Under the pieces are notes generated by a model. The model searched no databases, was not told the origin of the DNA, and was given only the letters and a program-made list of their open reading frames with translations. From NCBI RefSeq assembly GCF_028368995.1, contig NZ_JAQNDL010000003.1:512001-576000 (forward strand): a stretch of 64,000 bases of DNA, written 5' to 3'. Each line of letters begins with the position of its first letter. The first letter of the stretch is position 1. The DNA is from Nannocystis bainbridge (GTDB lineage Bacteria; Myxococcota_A; Polyangia; Nannocystales; Nannocystaceae). Below, piece by piece: positions 1-8,840 of this stretch. The translations under genes and the position numbers were made by a program.

Positions 1-434
1 AGGACGTCACCCTTTGTGTCGCGAGGGTGAGCCCCACCGACCGGAATTTTCGCCAGTTCCCGGTCGAACCACTCCGGAAGTTCCGACTCGATGGTCCCCC
101 GAGGGTCGAACATGTCTGGCGGCAATTTGTCCCCGAGGATCCATATATAGCCGCTCTTCACTTCTCCGACGATTTGGTGGTGGAACTCTCGAGCGTCCTT
201 CAGACCGCCTATGCGCTGGGCAAAGATGTCCACCTCTCGGGTCGTACCGCCATTGGCGCCATCCCGATCCAGGTAGTAGAAAGCCCAGCTCTCGAAGCCC
301 TCATTCGCGAAGATCTTGCGGGCCCTCAGTTCAGAGCCGAATCCGCCCTCGCTCAGCTCATTAAGAATTTGTAGGCGCTCTCCGTCGGCCATGTCCGCCC
401 ACCGGGCGGGTTTGGGCCTTTTGGGTTTGTTCAT
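1..434 (-). CDS. PD-(D/E)XK nuclease-like protein, 5' part (runs off the left edge; not in the ORF track)
   Basis: Manual translation from ATG 434 is open to base 1: MNKPKRPK...GFGSELRARKIF...YYLDRD...REVDIFAQ...IVGEVKSGYIW, giving an E...D...ExK motif pattern. GC is lower than flanks. Confidence 0.7.
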   Translation of the reverse strand, partial: MNKPKRPKPARWADMADGERLQILNELSEGGFGSELRARKIFANEGFESWAFYYLDRDGANGGTTREVDIFAQRIGGLKDAREFHHQIVGEVKSGYIWILGDKLPPDMFDPRGTIESELPEWFDRELAKIPVGGAHPRDTKGDV

Positions 435-548
435 GGCGGGAGGACACCACGAGAAGTTCTCGCCAGCGACCGGCGCATCGGCGCCTCCGCGTGAGGTACA
501 TCATTCCTTTCACCCGAGGTGGGCTCGGGCGAAAGTTGCTTCCCCAGC

Positions 549-743
549 CTATCTCACCAGGGCGCCCCGGGGCCCCGTGAAGCGTTCCCGGGGAAGGGCC
601 TGGCAGGCGAGCACCGCGACTCGCTCCGACGCGCTCGTCGGCCGGCGCCACCACGTTTCGCCCGGTCGCCACACCTGCCAGCCGTGAACGTCGTCGCCGG
701 CGCCCCATTGGGCCGCCGCGCCGCGGTAGCGGACGCGCATCAC
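549..743 (-). CDS. Small Trp-rich hypothetical protein
   Basis: 64-aa ORF whose start overlaps the stop of 740..1717. Confidence 0.45.
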   Translation of the reverse strand: MMRVRYRGAAAQWGAGDDVHGWQVWRPGETWWRRPTSASERVAVLACQALPRERFTGPRGALVR

Positions 744-1717
744 GGCGGCATCGGCGGCATGTCCTCGCCGCGGTCGAGGCGCTCGGCCAGCGCGGTCAGC
801 TCACAGTCGCCGTCGAGGATCTGGAGCGCGAGCGTCGCCCCTTGCGCCACGCCGCTCGCCGGGTAGTTGGCGCACAGGCGATGAATCGCCGCGAGCCGGT
901 CGCGGTACTGCCCGCCGTGGATCAGCATGGCTTTCGCGGCGTCCTCGGGGGTGATCGGCTGGCCGAAGACCTTGGAGAGCTTGGCCGTGACCCCCGCGGA
1001 GAGGCCGAACCCGATCACGCGTCCGATCGGGGAGTCGAGCGCCTCGCCAATGAACGCGCGAGCTTCCTTGATGGTCGAGCCCCAAGAGTCCGCAACGAGC
1101 AACTGGTCGAGCGCCTGGCGGGTCTGCACAATCGCCTGGGCTCCACCGGCGAGGCTGTCGAGCGTCTGGCGGCGATAGTCCGTCGCCCGGGCATCAAGCT
1201 CCCACGCCGCCGTAAGCTGGGCCGATGCGTGGTCTTGACATTTCTTGACGATCCCGATCGTCCGGTCGACGCATACTTCCTCGACCTTCGAGAGCTTGTC
1301 CCATTCGCTATTGCGGCGAGCGCGGAGTGAGCGCAGTTCCTCGCGGGCCTCGGCGATCTGCGCGTCGAGGCGCCCGAGCTCGGCGCGGGCGCTGGCCACG
1401 TCGGGCGCCCCGGCCTCGCCGACAATCTCGACCGCGCTCGCGCTGCCGTCGTCGTCGTCGTCGCCGGCCTGCCCCTCGCAGTACCGGTCGCCGACGTACA
1501 GACGCGGCCGCCCGGCGCGGTGCCGCCGGTTGTGCGAGCGCAGGGTCTTTTCCAGGCGCAGCGCGTCGTCGGGCGTCGTTTCCCAGGTGAGCATGCGCCG
1601 GCCGACGATCGGGCTTCCCGCCTGCGCCGCCTCCCTGCGCCCGGGCTGCGGGATCGTGACGGTGATCCAGACCCGCTCTTCGGCCTCGGCGTCGATCGGC
1701 TCGTCGTGGTCGCTCAC
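740..1717 (-). CDS. Hypothetical protein with central coiled coil and hydrophobic C-terminal segment
   Basis: Long ORF with high GC3 and heptads (ARAELGRLDAQIAEAREELRSLR). GTG 1717 lies 7 nt after the element-specific GCCATA motif. Confidence 0.75.
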   Translation of the reverse strand: MSDHDEPIDAEAEERVWITVTIPQPGRREAAQAGSPIVGRRMLTWETTPDDALRLEKTLRSHNRRHRAGRPRLYVGDRYCEGQAGDDDDDGSASAVEIVGEAGAPDVASARAELGRLDAQIAEAREELRSLRARRNSEWDKLSKVEEVCVDRTIGIVKKCQDHASAQLTAAWELDARATDYRRQTLDSLAGGAQAIVQTRQALDQLLVADSWGSTIKEARAFIGEALDSPIGRVIGFGLSAGVTAKLSKVFGQPITPEDAAKAMLIHGGQYRDRLAAIHRLCANYPASGVAQGATLALQILDGDCELTALAERLDRGEDMPPMPP

Positions 1718-1809
1718 CGGCAACTATGGCCGCCGGCAACGTTGCTGCGCCGGCGCCCCGCCGCCCAACGGGCGGGGCGCCGCCGTCTGCGAGCGTAGGA
1801 CGCTCTTCG

Positions 1810-1821
1810 TTAACTAGTTAA
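1810..1821. promoter_or_regulatory. Perfect AT-rich palindrome TTAACTAGTTAA, candidate operator
   Basis: 12-bp perfect palindrome in a GC-rich divergent intergenic region between 1717(-) and 2124(+). Confidence 0.4.
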
Positions 1822-2123
1822 TTCCGTAAAGCAGATCGCGCGCGCGCGGTCAGACCGCCGCGGCCGTGGACGCGAGCTTCCGGCGCCGGTGACGTCGCAA
1901 CACTCCAGGAACGCGGGCCACGCCGCGATCTGATGTCGCAGGTTCGTGGACGCGCGCTCTGGGCAGGGGTCGCAGTGCGGGCCGAGCCGCAGTCAACCCC
2001 CACGCGGGGCCCGGGAGCGGACCGCCGGTCGCGACACCTCACGGCCCACGGCCACCGGTGCGATCTCCCTGCGCAAGCCGGAACCCTTGCGGTAGCGGCG
2101 ACGCGTCCGGTACCGTCCGCGCG

Positions 2124-2384
2124 GTGTCCTTCCCCCTTACAACCGAGGATTTGGCGAAATTGGCCAATCTCAGCATACCCACCATTCGGGAATGGCGGAC
2201 GCTCGGGCTATTCGTCGGGGTCAAGACGACGAAGAAGGGCGGAAGCGGTGGGGTGCGGATCTTGTGGGCGGCCTCGGCTGCGGACAGGGTGGCGGAGATC
2301 GTGAAGCTCAAGGGCGAGGGCTGGGGTAACGACGCCCTGCGCGAGAAATTCGAGGCAGAGGCGAAAGCGCAGCAGAACGGCTAG
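2124..2384 (+). CDS. MerR/excisionase-like HTH protein
   Basis: LTTEDLAKLANLSIPTIREWRTLGL fits a MerR-type HTH; a wing-like GGSGGVRILW follows. Confidence 0.7.
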   Translation: MSFPLTTEDLAKLANLSIPTIREWRTLGLFVGVKTTKKGGSGGVRILWAASAADRVAEIVKLKGEGWGNDALREKFEAEAKAQQNG

Positions 2385-2633
2385 TTACCCCGCGTTCGGC
2401 GGCAGCCGGCGCTCGACCTCACACCGAGGCCAGCCGGACGCAACAGCCGCAGGACGCGCTCGCCCATGTGGCGCTCGTCCGACAGGACGGCGAGCTCGAC
2501 GCTCGAGTCGGCCTCGCCGCGCGTCGATCGTCAGCGGCCGAGGCGCCACACGCGCACGCCGCGCGCCAATTCGCGCAAGGGTGCATGCCCTCCGCTTGGC
2601 ACCTCGTAGAGGCTCAGTTATCCTGTGCAAACG

Positions 2634-2837
2634 ATGCCGAAGCCGCCGGACAGATTGCTGACAAGAGTCAAAGAGGTCATTGGGGACCACCAACCGATCG
2701 GTATGTTGGAAATCCTCCGCGCGATCACCCCTACTCCAGAACAGGAGACCCGAGCTGCGATCGAGCACTTGGTCCAGCGTGGTGAAATCGGGTTCGACGT
2801 TCAAATGAAATTGCGGGCAGATTCAGCCAGCCGGTAG
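2634..2837 (+). CDS. Small winged-helix-like protein directly upstream of the dGTPase
   Basis: 67-aa ORF (ETRAAIEHLVQRGEIGFD) ending 8 nt before the dGTPase ATG, with the same lower-GC composition. Confidence 0.55.
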   Translation: MPKPPDRLLTRVKEVIGDHQPIGMLEILRAITPTPEQETRAAIEHLVQRGEIGFDVQMKLRADSASR

Positions 2838-2845
2838 GATTGCCA

Positions 2846-4093
2846 ATGCGCAATGGTCGATTCTCCAACGCGGCCGGCCAGGACCAACGGAAGGACTTCG
2901 CCCGCGATCGGGACCGCATCCTTTACTGCAGTGCCTTTCGTCGTCTCGCGGGGGTCACTCAAGTGGCCAGCGCGTCCGAAGGTGTCCTGTTTCACAATAG
3001 GATGATCCATAGCCTCAAGGTGGGACAAATTGCGCGTCGGCTTGTTGAGCAGGCGCTGGAGCAGAATAAAGCGCTAGATATCGATCCAGAGGTCGCCGAA
3101 GCCGCTGGGCTGGCTCACGACCTTGGCCATCCACCCTTTGGCCATATCGGAGAGGAGACCCTTAGCGAGCTACTAAAGGAACTCGGAGATCCTGAGGGCT
3201 ATGAAGGTAATCCTCAGTCCTTCCGAATTCTTGTGCGACTAGCCATCCGTTTCGACGATACGCCCGGCCTGGACCTCACGAGGGCTACCCTGGCCGCCGT
3301 CATGAAATACCCGTGGCTACACAAGAAGGATGATCCGAAGAAAGGGCGCAAATGGGCAGCGTACCACTCGGACGAACCAATGTTCAAGTTCGCGCGTGAA
3401 GGGCACGAGGCAGATCGCCCCACGCTTGAGGCCCAGATTATGGATTGGGCAGATGATATTGCCTACTCCGTGCATGATCTCGAGGATTTTCACCGAGCAG
3501 GGATGATTCACTGGTCGCAGATTCAAGAGAAGCTAGAGCTTGAAGCAATCATCAGCGGGGCTCGCGCCAAGTGGCCCGATGCTCCAACAGACGCGGTCAA
3601 ACGACTTGAGGACGCAGCCCAACGGCTCTTCGCCATACTTCCAAGCCAAATGCGGGAGCCATTCGTAGGTAATGCAGATCAAAGACGAAAGCTCCGTTGG
3701 TGGACATCGACGTTGATTGGTCGGTACGTGCAACAAACCAGTGTAGAGGAAAAGCGGGTCACTAAACCTCCGGAATTCGAGGACGAGGTTCGCTTCCTCA
3801 AGCAAATTACATGGCGCTACGTGATCGAGAACACAGCCCTCGCTGGCCAGCAATTCGGCCAGCGAAAGATACTCAGCGAATTATTCCATGATCTCCACGA
3901 GATAGCCCGGTCGCCCAAACTGCGTAATGCCTTTCCTCATCGTAGCCGACATCTTCTCTCAGAGGAGGGAATTCAATACCCTCGTGCTGTGGCCGATGCG
4001 CTAGCGAGCATGACTGAAGCCGAGGTCGTGGCGTTGCATATGCGCTTGCGCGGAATCGATGGCGGTACGGTGCTGAACCCTATCGTTCGTTGA
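2846..4093 (+). CDS. dgt: dNTP triphosphohydrolase (dGTPase, HD superfamily)
   Basis: Motifs RDRDRILYCSAFRRLAGVTQV, HNRMIHSLKV, LAHDLGHPPFGH, YEGNPQ and DWADDIAYSVHDLED. Confidence 0.93.
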   Translation: MRNGRFSNAAGQDQRKDFARDRDRILYCSAFRRLAGVTQVASASEGVLFHNRMIHSLKVGQIARRLVEQALEQNKALDIDPEVAEAAGLAHDLGHPPFGHIGEETLSELLKELGDPEGYEGNPQSFRILVRLAIRFDDTPGLDLTRATLAAVMKYPWLHKKDDPKKGRKWAAYHSDEPMFKFAREGHEADRPTLEAQIMDWADDIAYSVHDLEDFHRAGMIHWSQIQEKLELEAIISGARAKWPDAPTDAVKRLEDAAQRLFAILPSQMREPFVGNADQRRKLRWWTSTLIGRYVQQTSVEEKRVTKPPEFEDEVRFLKQITWRYVIENTALAGQQFGQRKILSELFHDLHEIARSPKLRNAFPHRSRHLLSEEGIQYPRAVADALASMTEAEVVALHMRLRGIDGGTVLNPIVR

Positions 4094-4152
4094 GAGCGCC
4101 TGCGAGAGTTTGCCGCGCCTAAGCGCGACGACCGCGCCGCGGCCTGCCCGCG

Positions 4153-4857
4153 CTACACAAGCCGCGGCTCGCGGCGATGGCCGCGAAGCGCGGCCCGGAC
4201 GAGAGCGTCGTCGGGAGGCAGCGCCACCCGCAGATCCAGGATCAGCGAACCGGCCTCGCCCTTGGCCGAGCGGATGCCGCGGCCGCGCAGGCGCAGCGGC
4301 CGAAGGGGGGCGTGAGGCTGGCCCGGCAGCCGGACCGCCACGTCGCCCCACGGGGTCGGCGTCGTGATCTCCGCCTCCGTGATCACGTCATACAAGCTCA
4401 CCTCCAGCTCCCCGCGCAAGTCGAGCCCGTCCCGGCGCCACGGACTGTAATCGACCTCCACGACGATCGCCGGCGCCCGCCCGCCTCCCCGGTCGAGCTC
4501 GACCGGCAACACGTCGCCCACGTTGACCCCGGGCGGCACGCGGACGACCCCGCCGAACCCGCCATAGTCCACCAGCATCGAACCGCCGCGCCACGCCGCC
4601 GGGCCCGACAGGCGCAGATTTACGATCCGCGTCGCCCGCGAGGGAGGCGGCGGAGCGGGGGCCGGCGGCTCCGGTTGCTCGAAGAGCGCAAGGGCCTGTG
4701 ACAGGCGGCGGGCTTCCTCGGCCGCCGCGGCGTCATGCGGCCGCCGGTCCGGGTGAACCGCGGCGATCCGTCGCCGGAAGGCTCGGCGCCCCTCCTCGGG
4801 GGAGGCGTCGACGGGGATCCCCAGAATCCCCGCGGCCCATGCACGATCATTCGTCAT
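4153..4857 (-). CDS. DnaJ-type co-chaperone (J domain plus DnaJ C-terminal domain)
   Basis: AVHPDRR J-domain motif; C-terminal RDGLDLRGELEVSLYD and LRLRGRGI...GSLIL. Confidence 0.85.
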   Translation of the reverse strand: MTNDRAWAAGILGIPVDASPEEGRRAFRRRIAAVHPDRRPHDAAAAEEARRLSQALALFEQPEPPAPAPPPPSRATRIVNLRLSGPAAWRGGSMLVDYGGFGGVVRVPPGVNVGDVLPVELDRGGGRAPAIVVEVDYSPWRRDGLDLRGELEVSLYDVITEAEITTPTPWGDVAVRLPGQPHAPLRPLRLRGRGIRSAKGEAGSLILDLRVALPPDDALVRAALRGHRREPRLV

Positions 4858-5119
4858 AGGCCCCCCGAAACAGTGCGAGCAATCGGAGCCCCCGCGACCG
4901 CGCCCGATCCAGCACCGCCGACAGATCGACGCCGCGCGCGCTGGCCAGTAGCAGGGCGAGATACACCTCGCGGACGAGGCCCCGCGCCTCGCGCCGCCCC
5001 GCTTCGAGCCTGCTCACCGTGCAGCGGTCGAGCCCGAGCAGGTCGGCGAGCTCGCGTTGCGACAACGGACCCCCGCGCCCGAGCCGAGCGCGAGCCCGGC
5101 GAATGTCATTAGGCTGCAT
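4847..5119 (-). CDS. XRE/Cro-like HTH regulator
   Basis: IRRARARLG..LSQRELADLLGLDRCTVSRLEAG; overlaps the DnaJ start. Confidence 0.85.
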   Translation of the reverse strand: MQPNDIRRARARLGRGGPLSQRELADLLGLDRCTVSRLEAGRREARGLVREVYLALLLASARGVDLSAVLDRARSRGLRLLALFRGAYDE

Positions 5120-5199
5120 CCGCGGCGATATGGCGCCGCAGGGTGCGACTGTGCCGCCCGCACGGCCGTCCGCGCGGCGCGCTCGCCAGATCCGGCGAA

Positions 5200-5625
5200 A
5201 TGGCTGCCGCAGCAGGAACCAAGTCCGAGCAGATCGAGAAGTGGCGCGATAAGTACCACGACGCGCGCAAGGCGGCGGAAGAGACCATCGCCGAATACAA
5301 GAAGAAGGCGGCGCGCTTCTGGAAAGAGGACATGCCGACCGTCGCCAAGTACGGCGGTGCGGGCGCGCTGCTCGGCTTGTGGGCCGGCTCCTACCTTTAC
5401 GACAAGATGGCCGAATGGTTCGGCGCTGATTCGTATCTGGCCCTCTACGGGACCGCCGCGCTCGGCGTGGTCGTCGTGGCCTTCGCGCCGAAGATCGTCC
5501 GCGGTGCGGTGAGGAAGACCGAACAGCAGGGTCCTGCGATTGCCGCCCTTTCGGGCTTTGGCGTCGGTCTGGCGGGCATTGGGGCCTGGCGGGCTTGGCA
5601 GGACTACAGCGCGACGAACGCCTGA
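5200..5625 (+). CDS. Small membrane protein (~3 TM), first gene of the putative structural operon
   Basis: Charged N-terminal helix followed by three hydrophobic Gly/Ala-rich segments. Confidence 0.75.
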   Translation: MAAAAGTKSEQIEKWRDKYHDARKAAEETIAEYKKKAARFWKEDMPTVAKYGGAGALLGLWAGSYLYDKMAEWFGADSYLALYGTAALGVVVVAFAPKIVRGAVRKTEQQGPAIAALSGFGVGLAGIGAWRAWQDYSATNA

Positions 5626-5653
5626 TTTTCGCTGGTGATTGGAGATAACATCA

Positions 5654-6634
5654 ATGTCGGCACCGATTGACATTCCGGCAATTGCGGCGCAACTCCAGGC
5701 GCAGGGTTACAACGACGCCGCGCGGATTCTCCTCGCCGGCGGCGAGGGTGCGCGGGCAATCTGCGCCCTTCTCGGGAACGGCGCGTCGCCCACGCCGTCG
5801 CTTTCCAACGCACTCGCGGCGGGCGGCAACACGGCGAGCATGCAGCAGCAGCAGCCGGCCGCGCCCGCTGGGGGCTGCGGCTGCGGCCCCCGCGGTGGCG
5901 GTGGCGGCTGCGGTGGCGGTGCGTGCGGCCTCAAGGGGCCCTGCGTCACCACGGATTCCTACGTGTGCGCGACGCCGCCGGCGACGCAGCCGTCGACGGC
6001 TCCTGTGCCCGGCGCTCCGTCCGCGGTCCCCGTCGTCGTCCCGCCGTCGGTGGGAAGCTGGAATTGCGAGACCGTGCGGCCGGATCTGGCGCCTTGCGAG
6101 GTCGGCCGCATCCGCCGCGAGGACAAGCTCATCACCGTCAGCGAGGCCACGCTCGCCGGTCCGCTCGCCGCCGGCGACACGATCGGAACGATCATCGCGG
6201 AGGTCGGCATTTCGCACAATCTCTGCGTCGACTCCCTGGCGGTGGAGATCGAGACCAACGGCGTTCGCGTCCCGGTCACGATCGGCCAGGTCATGCTACA
6301 GGGCGAGCGCATCGCCCAGGACCCCCAGGGGCCCTACGTGCATGTCTGGGAGTGGTCCGAGCCGGAGCGTCCGGACTACGTCGGGATCACCGACTCGCGC
6401 TGCGCCTGCAAGGAGCTTTGCGTGTGCGTGCCCGCCGAGGGCCGCGCGCGGCTCACGTTCGATCTGCCGAGCGCCGTCGCGGGCGGCTCTACGCTCGTCG
6501 TGACCGTCTGGGGCCGCCGTACGTGCTGGCTCACCTCCTGCGGTCCCTGCCCGCCGTGCCAGATCTGCGGCCAGGCGACGATCACGCCGGCCGAGGACGC
6601 GCTGGCGCCGAACACCCTCTACGCGGTCGCGTAA
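5654..6634 (+). CDS. Cys-rich protein with beta-rich C-terminal domain; candidate single jelly-roll major capsid protein
   Basis: GGAG RBS at 5641. Alternating beta-strand pattern (LCVDSLAVEIE, VTIGQVMLQG, VPAEGRARLTFDL, LVVTVWG). The capsid function is inference. Confidence 0.55.
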   Translation: MSAPIDIPAIAAQLQAQGYNDAARILLAGGEGARAICALLGNGASPTPSLSNALAAGGNTASMQQQQPAAPAGGCGCGPRGGGGGCGGGACGLKGPCVTTDSYVCATPPATQPSTAPVPGAPSAVPVVVPPSVGSWNCETVRPDLAPCEVGRIRREDKLITVSEATLAGPLAAGDTIGTIIAEVGISHNLCVDSLAVEIETNGVRVPVTIGQVMLQGERIAQDPQGPYVHVWEWSEPERPDYVGITDSRCACKELCVCVPAEGRARLTFDLPSAVAGGSTLVVTVWGRRTCWLTSCGPCPPCQICGQATITPAEDALAPNTLYAVA

Positions 6635-6638
6635 TCCA

Positions 6639-6658
6639 CGGGCCCGCCGCCGGGCCCG
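6639..6658 (+). terminator. GC hairpin after the candidate capsid gene
   Basis: CGGGCCCG-ccgc-CGGGCCCG can form an 8-bp stem; no U-tract follows. Confidence 0.3.
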
Positions 6659-6673
6659 CGTGAGGTAATAGCA

Positions 6674-7342
6674 ATGACTCCGATTGTGATTGGCGGCCTC
6701 TTGCTGTTCCTCTTGTTCGGGGGTCAGAAAAAGGCGGGCAATACCGTGAAGCCGGACCCCGGCTTCGCGCCGCGGCCCGAGCTCGAAACGCTCGCCTGTG
6801 CCGACGTGCTGGCCACGCGGCCGGAGGTTCATGCCGGGCTCGCACGCGGGCTGATCCCCTGGCGCGATTGGCTCGTCGCCGTCGCGTTCAACCGGGTTTA
6901 TGGCGTGTGGCCCGATCCGGGGAACGCGGCGCACGATGCTCGCGCGAAGCTCCTGGGGACCTGCGTAGATGCCGGCCTCGACGACGCGCCGCCGCCGCCC
7001 AACTCGGATCCGGAGCTTCCGGAAATCAGCCCGGCGCCGACGCCGGGATCGTTCTACGCGATCAAGGGCGGCGACGTGCTCTTCGCTATCTCGTCGGCCG
7101 CGTACGGGACGAAGTCGGGCACGCCGGCCAACTATCAGGCCGCGAAGAAGATCAACGACGACCCCTATAACGCCCGCTTCAAGCGGCCGATCGCGGAGGT
7201 CGCCCCGAACGAAAAAGGGCTGTGGTCGGCGCGGATCACCTTCAAGCCCGTTTTCGGGTCGTTCTTGCAGCAGTACGCCGACGCGGCGGACGGCAGCCAG
7301 GGCGACGGCGGCAACTTCGCAATCCTCAAGATCCCGGAGTAA
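6674..7342 (+). CDS. Membrane-anchored protein with LysM-like domain
   Basis: N-terminal anchor IVIGGLLLFLLFG; LysM-like FYAIKGGDVLFAISSAAYG; GAGG RBS. Confidence 0.7.
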   Translation: MTPIVIGGLLLFLLFGGQKKAGNTVKPDPGFAPRPELETLACADVLATRPEVHAGLARGLIPWRDWLVAVAFNRVYGVWPDPGNAAHDARAKLLGTCVDAGLDDAPPPPNSDPELPEISPAPTPGSFYAIKGGDVLFAISSAAYGTKSGTPANYQAAKKINDDPYNARFKRPIAEVAPNEKGLWSARITFKPVFGSFLQQYADAADGSQGDGGNFAILKIPE

Positions 7343-7347
7343 CGGCC

Positions 7348-8004
7348 GTGGCGCTGCTTCCAGTCGACAAGGCCGCATATGCCGTCGTGCGCACGATGAT
7401 CGCCGCGGGCGCTGCGGCGTGGGACGCGTGGGCGAAGAGCGGCGAAGCGAAGTGGCCGGACTCGAAGCCACACACGCGCGAGCTCGCGGACACGATCTTT
7501 CGCTACGTCCCGCGCATGGCGGTGCAAATCCCCGCGGGCGAAGACAACTGCCCGACCGAGCAGGACCGAGCCACCGGCACCTGCACGGCGATGCGCTACG
7601 ACCGCGTTTTCTCGCCGCAGAACCGCCACCGGCTGATCGCGGCGCTCGACGCCCGTAGCAGCGTCGAGGTGCGCGCGGCATTCGCCGCGGTGCCCACGGA
7701 CGGCGGCGATCTCGAGTGGTGGGCCACGGCGCTCGCCGCCGGAGCCTTGATCGCGATCGGCGGCCTCCCGTTCGCCGGCGCCGTCGTGGTCAAGGTCGCG
7801 GGGTTCTTGCTGGCCGCATGGGCGGCCTATGGGTTTGTGACGCCCAAGACGCCGAACGGGCAGTCGCTCGCGCAGAAATACGCAGCCCTCGTCGGTGACG
7901 GCCTCGAAGCCATCCTCGCCGGGGCGAACTCGGTCCTGCAAGTCGCACTCGTCGCCGCAGGCGGATATTTCCTCTACCAGCTCTTCTTTTCGGGGTCGCG
8001 GTGA
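7348..8004 (+). CDS. Membrane protein with C-terminal VAAGGYFLYQLFF anchor
   Basis: Hydrophobic segments in the C-terminal half; GTGA overlap with the next gene. Confidence 0.7.
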   Translation: MALLPVDKAAYAVVRTMIAAGAAAWDAWAKSGEAKWPDSKPHTRELADTIFRYVPRMAVQIPAGEDNCPTEQDRATGTCTAMRYDRVFSPQNRHRLIAALDARSSVEVRAAFAAVPTDGGDLEWWATALAAGALIAIGGLPFAGAVVVKVAGFLLAAWAAYGFVTPKTPNGQSLAQKYAALVGDGLEAILAGANSVLQVALVAAGGYFLYQLFFSGSR

Positions 8005-8816
8005 GCCTCATCCTGTGGGGGCTCGGCCTGGCCGTGGTCGCGACCATGGCCACGCCGCCGGCGAAGGCGGCCTCCGTCCCGCAGGCGCCCGCCGGGCCGC
8101 CGCTCGCGCCGCCGTCCGGCTGGGACGACGCGCTGCCGCTTCCCACCGCGGCCGACGTCCAGGGTTTCGACCTCCTGACCAACTGGGGCGCGACTCCCGA
8201 ATCGTTGCGGCCGTTGTTCGCGCTCGTGGAAATCAAGTCGCGGATCGCCGGCGCCGCGCGCTTCCTCGCGCTCGCCGCCCGCCGCGAGAGCGCGTTCGTT
8301 CTCACCGCGCACAACAAGAGCTCCGGCGAGCGCACGGCGAGCGCGAACGCCTACAGCAACAACAAGGCCAAGCGGCCCCCGCTCGTGTACGGCGCAGCGG
8401 CGGCGGCGTGGGGGTCGGGCGGCCTCTTCGGCCTCCTGGGGCCTTATTTCCTGTGGACGGGGATCCAGGAATTGGGCGGTGCGGCGCCCCTCCTGGGCTC
8501 GCCGCCGGAGATCATGTTCCTCCCGCGGGTCGCGGCCTTCGCCGGCGCCGTGTACATGCAGCGGATCCTGGCGAATTACCGCGTCGACGACGTGGCCGAC
8601 ATCAAGGTCGGCTGGGCGTCCCCCTCGCTGCTCGGCAACGGCCGGGGCGGCGCCACGTACAAAAAGGTTCGCGCCCGGTTCCTCGAGGACTCCGCGAAGC
8701 TGGGGATCAAGCTGAATGCGCCGCCGACGCTCCCCCCGAAATTGAGCGCCGCAGCGTGGCCAGGTGTCGCTGCCGTCTTCGAGGGCGTCGTCGGCACACC
8801 GCCGCGGCTCGCATGA
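8001..8816 (+). CDS. Membrane-anchored lytic transglycosylase/lysozyme-like protein
   Basis: N-terminal TM; SLT-like motif order ARRESAF...SGGLFGL...GAVYMQRILANY. Confidence 0.55.
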   Translation: MSLILWGLGLAVVATMATPPAKAASVPQAPAGPPLAPPSGWDDALPLPTAADVQGFDLLTNWGATPESLRPLFALVEIKSRIAGAARFLALAARRESAFVLTAHNKSSGERTASANAYSNNKAKRPPLVYGAAAAAWGSGGLFGLLGPYFLWTGIQELGGAAPLLGSPPEIMFLPRVAAFAGAVYMQRILANYRVDDVADIKVGWASPSLLGNGRGGATYKKVRARFLEDSAKLGIKLNAPPTLPPKLSAAAWPGVAAVFEGVVGTPPRLA

Positions 8817-8840
8817 GGCGCGCGCGCGCCATATCCGGCC

